From assembly GCA_965116425.1 (NCBI GenBank), contig OZ220689.1:2280134-2344133 (forward strand): 64,000 nucleotides of DNA, in the 5' to 3' direction. The translations under genes and the position numbers were made by a program. How positions within the stretch are numbered: the stretch's first letter is position 1; the number at the start of each line of letters is the position of its first letter. A model generated the notes under the pieces. That model had not been told where the DNA came from. It did not search any database and was given only the letters and a program-made list of their open reading frames with translations. Shown here in pieces: positions 57,601 to 64,000 of the stretch. The DNA comes from Phototrophicaceae bacterium (GTDB taxonomy: Bacteria > Chloroflexota > Anaerolineae > Aggregatilineales > Phototrophicaceae).

Positions 57601-57852
57601 GTCCAGCCGATACCACCAGTCATTCTGTGCCGCATCGTGTAAGCATGGATCGCCAGCGCCATACCAAAGCGGCTTCAGCTTATGCGCCGCTTCCAAGTCT
57701 GACTGAATATTGCCCGGTACCCGAGCGGGAATCCAGCCGGGCGCCGGCACATTGGCCGCTTGCAAGCCCTCTGCGCCGCCTTCGGTGTCTGCATGGAGAT
57801 ACCAGTCAGAGCCGCTCAATGAAATCGAATCTACTTCAATAGCCCTGTCCAT
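54694..57852 (-). CDS. Glycoside hydrolase family 2 protein (beta-mannosidase / exo-glucosaminidase-like)
   Basis: 1052 aa. GH2 sugar-binding N-domain (VFDGVDYSCDVWLNGQHLG), and a TIM barrel with NHACIIEWSGGNE. Confidence 0.8.
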   Translation of the reverse strand: MDRAIEVDSISLSGSDWYLHADTEGGAEGLQAANVPAPGWIPARVPGNIQSDLEAAHKLKPLWYGAGDPCLHDAAQNDWWYRLDFAAPAAWAGKRLKLVFDGVDYSCDVWLNGQHLGANAGMFRRFGFDVAGIVKPGESNRLAIMIDQIPPELVHILAASDGAMSGGGENYPKEWGPDFFVVGINQTRQLLKDLKSPTNFGWDWGVNIYTLGIWQDVRLESSGDARIEWLQVRTELQDDKRLATINVNLEIDCLSTMGVAAEIRIEGQAETLESSVSAALEPGGNSVELELELRDPALWWPNGQGAQPLYTLEARLLNAESGELLHQRSARFGVRDIRWEQVEGAPDDFINPYQLVINGRPVRMIGSNILPPDLLFGRMDERGPRLMRLAAAAGMNTLRVWGGGVFPSEAMLDLADELGIMLSQEFPMSSCRPETDDVFLANLEATVRQLVKRYRNHACIIEWSGGNEMWWYQGDDHAALHLLERIVSENDDRLFRATCPIQGARHSPWHYDPQTHYKHYDDEELLDTGWRRGENKMMRYGEFGCHSLAHLEVWQREIPPAGQWPAYDEDNPVLIRKNLAQAVFTKEHWLLKSILDSQFGPIATLEALVKAGQYLGAHGLRYAVDALRRRGPSIGGITTWVFNEPWPNGGGPYLVDYDGRPLMTYDFQVQALAPLSLSLKHSSNLYDPAAGLDVELWLVSDAPLPTPDLRWRWLLRDATGRVLAWDEGGASIKPIQTIHLGAVKSGSLEEDTAGLLVVEAQLHSSDGDLLSERLHIFGSSAAPAPLAGLISDTAPGLARTALEVTDCLHQQDDGGESLQIELTNSGDMTALFCEPHPSLSYRTDIDIDNNYAFIPPGETRVITISAPTASDMELSLTQTGWRISCWNADDLTIAPGDDLLFSIGRRDAMTRDYQGFSDISTISGKLDLTIAGNRPEPSTLPFLMTGDRTVRFHFDITQGWRQPSCLRLHTADQDCERAVQLLVTVNGNQFEGSLPTGLGIQNRDPAHLAFPQTATFHLPAGTLQKGRNTLEIQISNAAWFTWDAIDLAISGG

Positions 57853-57917
57853 TTGAGAAAACCTCGCATTCGCGTGATTGACGATCGGCCAATCGGATCT
57901 TCAGCTGCGGCGGGCGC

Positions 57918-58898
57918 TCACTCGTAGAGATAGCAGGCGACATCCCGCCTCGCCGGCGTCGCTCCGTCGAGTTTTGGCGCTTGCAGGCTCGGGCGCGCCG
58001 TCCAGCATCTGTCCATGACCTGCGGGCAGCGGTCGGCGAACAGGCAGCGCTCGCGACCGCTGGCGCCACTGACCCCAATCTCCGCCAGGGGCGCGGCCGA
58101 CAAGTCCTCTTGCCAACGCCGGCGCGGGTCTGGCGTCGGTATCGAACTGATCAAAAGCTGCGCGTAGGGATGCAGTGGCGCCTTCATCACCGCCTGGGTC
58201 TCGCCTTGTTCCATAATGCGACCTTGGTAGAGCACGATGATTTCCCCGCCCAGGTACATCGCCGTCGAGAGATCATGGGTGATGAACAGTGTTGAAATCC
58301 CATGCGCATCGCGGAAATCTTGCAGTATGTTCAGAAACGAGGCACGCATGCCGGCGTCAATCATTGATACCGGCTCGTCGGCTACGATCAAGCGAGGGCG
58401 CATCAGGTAGACCCGAGCCAGCATCAGGCGCTGTCGCTGGCCGCCGCTCAACTGGTGGGGGTGCCGGTCCAGCACTTCTTCCGGACGCAGATCAACTGCG
58501 CGCAGCGCCTCTTCCATTAACGTTTTCGCGTCCGCTTTGCGCTCCGCCAGCCCGAACTTGCGGATGACCAGCCTCAGGACTCGCTCGGCTTTGTAGACCG
58601 GGTTGTAAACGCTATAGGGATCTTGAAAGACTGCTTGCACTTCGCTGCGGAACTTGCGATTCCACTTGCGATCGCTGGCGAAGATGTCGGCGCCATTGTA
58701 ACTGACGCGGCCCGCGGTCGGCCGCAGCAAGCCCAGGATGATGCGAGCGATTGTCGATTTGCCGCTGCCGCTTTCGCCGACCAGGCTGACGATCGTCGGT
58801 TCCGCGGGTATCGTGAACGACACATCGTCCACGGCGAAGGTCGGATTACGCCCGCCGAATACTTGCCGCAGGTTTTCCACAACCAACAGATCAGGCAT
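57918..58898 (-). CDS. Opp-type ABC ATP-binding protein (OppF-like)
   Basis: ATG 58898 (MPDLLVVENL...). Walker A GESGSGKST, signature LSGGQRQR. 8-nt overlap with the upstream gene. Confidence 0.85.
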   Translation of the reverse strand: MPDLLVVENLRQVFGGRNPTFAVDDVSFTIPAEPTIVSLVGESGSGKSTIARIILGLLRPTAGRVSYNGADIFASDRKWNRKFRSEVQAVFQDPYSVYNPVYKAERVLRLVIRKFGLAERKADAKTLMEEALRAVDLRPEEVLDRHPHQLSGGQRQRLMLARVYLMRPRLIVADEPVSMIDAGMRASFLNILQDFRDAHGISTLFITHDLSTAMYLGGEIIVLYQGRIMEQGETQAVMKAPLHPYAQLLISSIPTPDPRRRWQEDLSAAPLAEIGVSGASGRERCLFADRCPQVMDRCWTARPSLQAPKLDGATPARRDVACYLYE

Positions 58899-59874
58899 CG
58901 GCGACAACCTCGGCATCGTACAGATGGCAAGCCGCCCAGCGCTCAGTCTCTTGTTCCTGTAACGCCGGTACGTCCTCACTGCAGGGAGCGAACACTCTCG
59001 GGCAGCGCGGATGAAAACGACAGCCGCGCGGGTAGTTCCAGGGGCTGGGCGCTTCACCGGGCAAGCCCTCGACCCGTTGACCGCTCTCACGCGGGATCGA
59101 GCCAATCAAGCCTTGCGAGTAGGGATGAAGCGGTGTCTCGAAGATGCCGTTCACCGTGCCAAGCTCGGCGATTTTCCCGGCGTACATTACGGCGATACGA
59201 TCGGCGATTTGGGCGACCACGCCCATATCATGCGTGATGAGAATGATCGTCGCGCCCAACTCATCGCGTATATCCGCCAGTTCTTGCAGGATCTGCCGTT
59301 GTGTGACCACATCGAGCGCGGTCGTCAATTCGTCGGCGACGATCAGAGCTGGATGCATGCTGATCGCCGCAGCGATAATGACCCGCTGGCGCATGCCACC
59401 GCTCAACTCATGGGGATAACTGTCCATGATCTTGGGCTCGAGATTGACAAGTTCCATAGCGGAAATGCAACGCCCAAGCGCCTCCTTTTTGGACAGTCCA
59501 TGCTGAAGCAGCGTATCCGTCATTTGTCGCTCCACGCGCAGGACCGGGTTCAGCGAATTCATTGAGCCTTGCGGGATATATGACAATTGGCGCCAGCGCA
59601 GCGGACGCAAGGCGCTGTCCGAGAGTTGCAGCAAATCGTAGCTACCGCCGTCCTTCAGCCGCAGGGTGATGGAACCGGTCTGCAGCACCTGTGGTGGCAC
59701 GAGCAAGCGCATGATGGCGGTCGCCAGCGTGCTTTTGCCGCAGCCGGACTCACCGACGACGCCGAGGATTTCACCCGCCTGCACATCAAGATCGACATTG
59801 CTGACCACTTGCGTCACCGATCGCCGCCCTTGCAAGCCGGCTGACAAGCCGCGGATCTCCAGCAGCGTGGACAT
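58891..59874 (-). CDS. Opp-type ABC ATP-binding protein (OppD-like)
   Basis: Walker A GESGCGKST, signature LSGGMRQR, Walker B IVADELTT. Confidence 0.85.
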   Translation of the reverse strand: MSTLLEIRGLSAGLQGRRSVTQVVSNVDLDVQAGEILGVVGESGCGKSTLATAIMRLLVPPQVLQTGSITLRLKDGGSYDLLQLSDSALRPLRWRQLSYIPQGSMNSLNPVLRVERQMTDTLLQHGLSKKEALGRCISAMELVNLEPKIMDSYPHELSGGMRQRVIIAAAISMHPALIVADELTTALDVVTQRQILQELADIRDELGATIILITHDMGVVAQIADRIAVMYAGKIAELGTVNGIFETPLHPYSQGLIGSIPRESGQRVEGLPGEAPSPWNYPRGCRFHPRCPRVFAPCSEDVPALQEQETERWAACHLYDAEVVADA

Positions 59875-60725
59875 TAGTCATTCACCTCGATCGTCGTCTT
59901 CAGACGCGGGTTGAAGACCTCGTCCAAACCGGTGTTAATAAGATTCAGCGCCAGGAAGACATAGATCAGCGCGCCCGCGGGTAGAATCATCTGTCCCAAC
60001 AAGCCCACCGCGATAACGCTCTCGCGGAAGCCTTTGGCGATCATAAAACCCAGCGTGGGCAAGCCGCCCGCGCCCAAGCCGATAATCTGCAAACCGGCTT
60101 CGGCCAGCATCGATCCGACGATGCTCAAGGAGAAGACGTAGCCGATATATGGCAGCAGCGGCGGAAGCAATTCCAGGAAGATGATCTCCAGCGCATTCTC
60201 GCCCGAAAGCACCGCCAGGTCAACATAACTGCGTTCGCGCAGACTCTGCACTTGCGGCCGAATGACCCGCGCCACAAAGGACCACCCAAAGAGGCCCAGA
60301 ATCAATGCGAGCTTGTACAAGTCCCAGCGTTCGATATAGGCGGCGAGCATCAGCAGCAGCGGCAAGGTGGGGATCACCAGCACCATGTCGATCAGAATGC
60401 GCAATAGGGTATCCAGCCGGCCGCGAGCGTAACCGGCGAAAAAACCAATGACGACACCGAGCCCGGTTGCCGTCGCTCCGGCGATCACACCGATCTGAAT
60501 GGAGGGCCAGATGCTTGTAATAAATACCATTAGACCATCGCGCCCGTCGCCATCGGTACCGATAGGATGCTCGACCGAGTCCAGTTGATAAGGCCGATAG
60601 CTGCCGCGCATGCCCGGTCGTTCGCCCGGGAACAGCAGCTGGTTGACCATAGTCGGACCAGCCAGCGCGACGATGATCATTATGGCCAACATGATTGAAC
60701 CGACGACGATACGGGGATTTCTCAT
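59874..60725 (-). CDS. Opp-type ABC permease (OppC-like)
   Basis: 283 aa, multi-TM. HPIGTDGDGRD and RERSYVDLAVLSG motifs. Confidence 0.8.
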   Translation of the reverse strand: MRNPRIVVGSIMLAIMIIVALAGPTMVNQLLFPGERPGMRGSYRPYQLDSVEHPIGTDGDGRDGLMVFITSIWPSIQIGVIAGATATGLGVVIGFFAGYARGRLDTLLRILIDMVLVIPTLPLLLMLAAYIERWDLYKLALILGLFGWSFVARVIRPQVQSLRERSYVDLAVLSGENALEIIFLELLPPLLPYIGYVFSLSIVGSMLAEAGLQIIGLGAGGLPTLGFMIAKGFRESVIAVGLLGQMILPAGALIYVFLALNLINTGLDEVFNPRLKTTIEVND

Positions 60726-61801
60726 GCCGTCCTCCGTACGCGTGGATCAAGCAAGGGCAGCGCCAGATCGACGATCAGAGTCAGGGTGAGGACGGCAAAT
60801 ATCGAAAATAGGACAACCGCCTGCATCGTATTAAAGTCGCGCAGGCCCATCGCCTGGACGAAGAGCGTGCCAAGGCCCGGTAGTTGGAAGAGCACTTCAA
60901 TAATGAATGTTCCATTTAAGGTAGCGCCGACGATTATGGCGAGCGCCGTGACCTGGGGTATGAGCGCGTTGCGAAAGGCGTAATCCCTGAGGATTGTAAA
61001 AGGTGACAAACCCTTGGCGCGGGCGAAGGTCAAGTAATCCTCGCCTAGCACGCTGATCATCAGGGCGCGCATGCCCAGGGTGAAACCGGCGCCGATGACG
61101 ATCATGTTGGAGAGCATAGGCAAGATGGCATGTGTCAGCAGGCTGCTGATGAATTCCCAGCTCCACTCCGGCTGCAAGTGGCGGGCGTACGGTCCGCCGG
61201 CAGGCAGGATTCGCCAGGTGTAGCCGACATAGATGATCAGCCCCAGCGCGACCAGATAGACCGGCGTTATCTGCAGCAGCGTCGAAACCATCACCGCCAG
61301 CTGCGACAGGCGACTACGCTGCAACCAGCCCATCAGCGCGCCCAAGCCGGTGCCAACCAGCCAGGCCAGCAGCACCGATGTGGTGAATATGCCAATGGTC
61401 CAAGGCATTCTACGGAAGACAAGGTCTTTCGTTTGCGCCGGATATTCGACAAAAGACGGGCCCAGGTCCAGGCCGCCCAAAACTGCCTTGCGCAGATAAT
61501 TGACGTATTGCAGCGGAAGCGGCTCATCCATGCCGAAAATTGCGCGGTAACGCGCGATAATGGCTTCCTCGGCCGCCGCATCCCGCTGTCGCCCCTCCGC
61601 TCGTGTCAAATTGCCCAGTAGGATATTCATCGGGTCGCCGGGCACCAGACGAAACACGAAGAAGGCGACGGTGATCGCCGCCCAAAGAGTAAAGAGATAG
61701 ACGCCGAAGCGGCGTATCACGTACTGGAAGACTTCGCGCCTTGCGGCGGCCTGCCCTTCAGCCGCTGATTCCCCCGCACGCGCGTCAGAGTTCGCAGTCA
61801 C
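60722..61801 (-). CDS. Opp-type ABC permease (OppB-like)
   Basis: 359 aa, GTG start. YVIRRFGVYLF, DYLTFARAKGLS and LDPRV motifs. Full length, unlike 42254-42940. Confidence 0.8.
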   Translation of the reverse strand: MTANSDARAGESAAEGQAAARREVFQYVIRRFGVYLFTLWAAITVAFFVFRLVPGDPMNILLGNLTRAEGRQRDAAAEEAIIARYRAIFGMDEPLPLQYVNYLRKAVLGGLDLGPSFVEYPAQTKDLVFRRMPWTIGIFTTSVLLAWLVGTGLGALMGWLQRSRLSQLAVMVSTLLQITPVYLVALGLIIYVGYTWRILPAGGPYARHLQPEWSWEFISSLLTHAILPMLSNMIVIGAGFTLGMRALMISVLGEDYLTFARAKGLSPFTILRDYAFRNALIPQVTALAIIVGATLNGTFIIEVLFQLPGLGTLFVQAMGLRDFNTMQAVVLFSIFAVLTLTLIVDLALPLLDPRVRRTA

Positions 61802-61888
61802 GGTGCTGTCACTGAATACACATTGTCAGTCATGAAAAGGAGCAGGTTCGCCGCTCCCGAAATCGAACGGCGAACCTGCGAGCGGCAA

Positions 61889-63574
61889 CTACCTGTTGGC
61901 CGGTTCCAGGAAGTCGATGATCTGGCGCGCGGCCGGTGTCCAGTGCACCCAGGCCTGACCCACTGCCAAGCCTGTCCAGTATTCGGTGTTGAAGACCACG
62001 CCTTCATTCTCGCCGTACAGGGTCACGTAAGGCACTTCCTCAGCCCAGAGTCGATAGGCTTGCCGGAATAGCGCCTGCGCTTCCTCCGAGGCCGGGTTAG
62101 CGGTTCTCAACTGCTCGACGATCGCGTCCATGTCGGGATTGCTGTAGCGACCCGGGACGCCGCCCGAACGTTCGCCGATAGGCAGGGCGTGATCGGAGTG
62201 CAAGCCCTCAAAGAGCGCGATCGGGTCACCAGGCAGGTTGCCACAGAACCAGCGGAAGATTATGTCGAACTCGCCGTTAGGTCCCTGTGTCAAGAAGGTC
62301 GGAATGTCGAGCAGACGCGGGTTGATCTCGATACCGACCAACTGCGCTTGCTCCGATAGGAGCCAAGCCCAGACAGTCCAGCCCGGGTTACCTATGTCGA
62401 TGTATAAGGCATCGAGCGAAATGGGCTCCCCATTCTGGTCGACGCGCTTGCCATCAACAAGCGGATAACCGGCTTCATCCAGCAGCGCCGCCGCCGCTTC
62501 CGGATCGAAGGTGGTCACCTGGTATTCCTCAGCTGCCGCCGCGTCGTAGTAGCGCTCGTCGGGATTGCCGAGATTCGGCCAAAGCACAGGCGTTACGTAG
62601 CCGGGTACGTTGGCAAGGTTGGCGACCGCCTGACGATTCAACAGCAGACCGAGCGCGCGCCGGAAGAGCTTGTCGTCCAGCGGCGGAATTGTGGTATTGA
62701 ATATCAGGCCGCGTGGGCAGGGATCCTGGTGCACCAGCGGCTTGATATGCGGATTGGCGCTCATCATCCGAATCATTACGCTGTTCGGCATCCGTCCCAG
62801 ATCGTAGTTGCCCTCTTCCCATTCGAAGACGGCTACATCGGCTTCCGGCCGCTTGAGCCACACCATGTACTTCGGCGCTGGCATACGATCCGGATCCCAA
62901 TAGTCATCGCGTCGCTCCCATATTGTCGTACGGGTGTCGGCGTTGCTGCTTACCAGACGGTAGGGACCGGAATGGATGGCATCGGGGTTTTTGAAGGTGG
63001 TCGGGTCTTGGCCTTCCCAAATGTGCTTAGGCACGGGCGTGAAGGTTCCGATGCCGGTGAAGTTGTAATGGAAGCGCCAGTTGGGCTCCGGCAGGGAAAA
63101 GACAATCTCGTTGCCCTCAGCGCTCCAGGTCACATCCCTCAAGAATGACGACCAGTTAATGCCCTTATCGGCGTTTTCCTGGTTGTATTGGAGGGTGAAG
63201 AGCCAGTCGTCCATCGTGAGAGGCGTGCCATCATTCCAATTGGCGCCCTCAGTGATGACCAAGGTCATTTCCGTGCCGTCTTCATTGTATTCCCAGGATT
63301 GCGCTAGCCAGGCGTGAAAATCATGGCTGGTGATGAAGGCTGGCTCAACGATCACGTTGGCGTAGCCGGTGGCGTTGTTATAGGTCGGCGCTTGATAGTA
63401 GTTGAAGCTATCCCAGACATCATTATGCGGCGCTTGCGAGGCGACGATGAAGGTCTCGCTGCGGGGCAAATCACCGAATACCAATTCCTCGTCTTGGGCA
63501 ATGGCAAGGCTAAATACGGATAGCAGCAACATCGCAAGAACTAAGACTATAATACTGCGTTTTGCATTAAACAT
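61889..63574 (-). CDS. ABC transporter substrate-binding protein, family 5 (peptide/oligosaccharide)
   Basis: 561 aa with a signal peptide (MFNAKRSIIVLVLAMLLLSVFSLAIA). First gene of the intact operon. Confidence 0.8.
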   Translation of the reverse strand: MFNAKRSIIVLVLAMLLLSVFSLAIAQDEELVFGDLPRSETFIVASQAPHNDVWDSFNYYQAPTYNNATGYANVIVEPAFITSHDFHAWLAQSWEYNEDGTEMTLVITEGANWNDGTPLTMDDWLFTLQYNQENADKGINWSSFLRDVTWSAEGNEIVFSLPEPNWRFHYNFTGIGTFTPVPKHIWEGQDPTTFKNPDAIHSGPYRLVSSNADTRTTIWERRDDYWDPDRMPAPKYMVWLKRPEADVAVFEWEEGNYDLGRMPNSVMIRMMSANPHIKPLVHQDPCPRGLIFNTTIPPLDDKLFRRALGLLLNRQAVANLANVPGYVTPVLWPNLGNPDERYYDAAAAEEYQVTTFDPEAAAALLDEAGYPLVDGKRVDQNGEPISLDALYIDIGNPGWTVWAWLLSEQAQLVGIEINPRLLDIPTFLTQGPNGEFDIIFRWFCGNLPGDPIALFEGLHSDHALPIGERSGGVPGRYSNPDMDAIVEQLRTANPASEEAQALFRQAYRLWAEEVPYVTLYGENEGVVFNTEYWTGLAVGQAWVHWTPAARQIIDFLEPANR

Positions 63575-63700
63575 TTTGTTCTCCTTTTATGTGCGTTTTG
63601 CAACGCTCGAATACCTACCACTTTAACGAATTGCCGATAAGTCCTCCTCAGGTTGCTCTTCTGTATTCGATTCGCCGTTCCCGTTCGATGCCAGCACAAA

Positions 63701-64000
63701 CTAGCGATTGCCCACAATCACCGGCTGACGTCGCTTTGCGCCCATCAGCTGCTGCACGATTTCGGACGGGTTGGCGATAAATCGCAGCTGCGCCAGCATA
63801 TCTTCCTGCGTAATATAACAAGGGCGGGTGTACATGCCGAGCAACGCGCTGCGCGGCTTGTCACTGTTATTGGGGCGGGCGGTATGCCAAGTCGCGCCGT
63901 TATAGACCATGACACTGCCACGAACGCCGGTGAGGATCTCGCCGTCCGGGCGCCACTTGTCAATCATTTCCGCCGGCGGCCGGTAACCCTTGCGATGACT
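63701..64000 (-). CDS. Phytanoyl-CoA dioxygenase (PhyH) family protein, C-terminal part (5' end beyond window)
   Basis: ...GSVMVYNGATWHTARPNNSDKPRSALLGMY... is typical of Fe(II)/2OG PhyH enzymes. The frame stays open to nt 64000. Confidence 0.6.
   Translation of the reverse strand, partial: SHRKGYRPPAEMIDKWRPDGEILTGVRGSVMVYNGATWHTARPNNSDKPRSALLGMYTRPCYITQEDMLAQLRFIANPSEIVQQLMGAKRRQPVIVGNR

Overview
High-GC bacterial chromosomal window (hand counts: about 63% GC in core genes). Gene content such as Uma2 endonuclease and GC-rich hairpin repeats is compatible with a Chloroflexota-like or other terrabacterial genome, but I cannot verify this.

Layout:
- 0-11.8 kb: housekeeping genes, including tRNA-Asn, coaX, family-4 UDG, Nudix, RNase D, corA and a cytochrome c.
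- 11.84-25.12 kb: an accessory, mobile-element-riddled island.
- 25.3-41.1 kb: a sugar-uptake and oxidative catabolism cluster.
- 41.1-54.7 kb: a decaying segment bracketed by two integrase fragments.
- 54.7-64 kb: an intact GH2 plus Opp-type ABC operon.

The island contains, in order:
- an IS481-family IS;
- an AAA_13 (PrrC/RloC-type) ABC ATPase split by an IS5/IS427-type IS;
- a 206-bp MITE;
- primase/Toprim and parA/RHH partition remnants;
- a tightly coupled gene pair, a PLD-nuclease::SNF2 helicase fusion plus a ~1144-aa Eco57I-type N6-adenine methyltransferase that is frameshifted in an A7 tract;
- a composite MITE.

This helicase-methylase pair is my best candidate for an undescribed ATP-dependent restriction-modification-like defence system. 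It resembles DISARM and type ISP in parts but matches no named architecture I know. It may form a trio with the AAA_13 ATPase.

Other notable points:
- A MITE family shares its 16-bp terminal inverted repeats with a full ISAs1-family IS in the same window.
- A solute-binding protein consists of two diverged tandem copies of itself.
- The sugar-acid cluster lacks a dehydratase and carries an ADC-like gene and an E1/E2 pair without E3.
- A GH140-like / split-transketolase / FGGY-kinase cluster has an isomerase gene killed three times over.
- All four frameshifts seen sit in homopolymer runs, so sequencing error must be excluded.

No rRNA genes or CRISPR arrays were seen.
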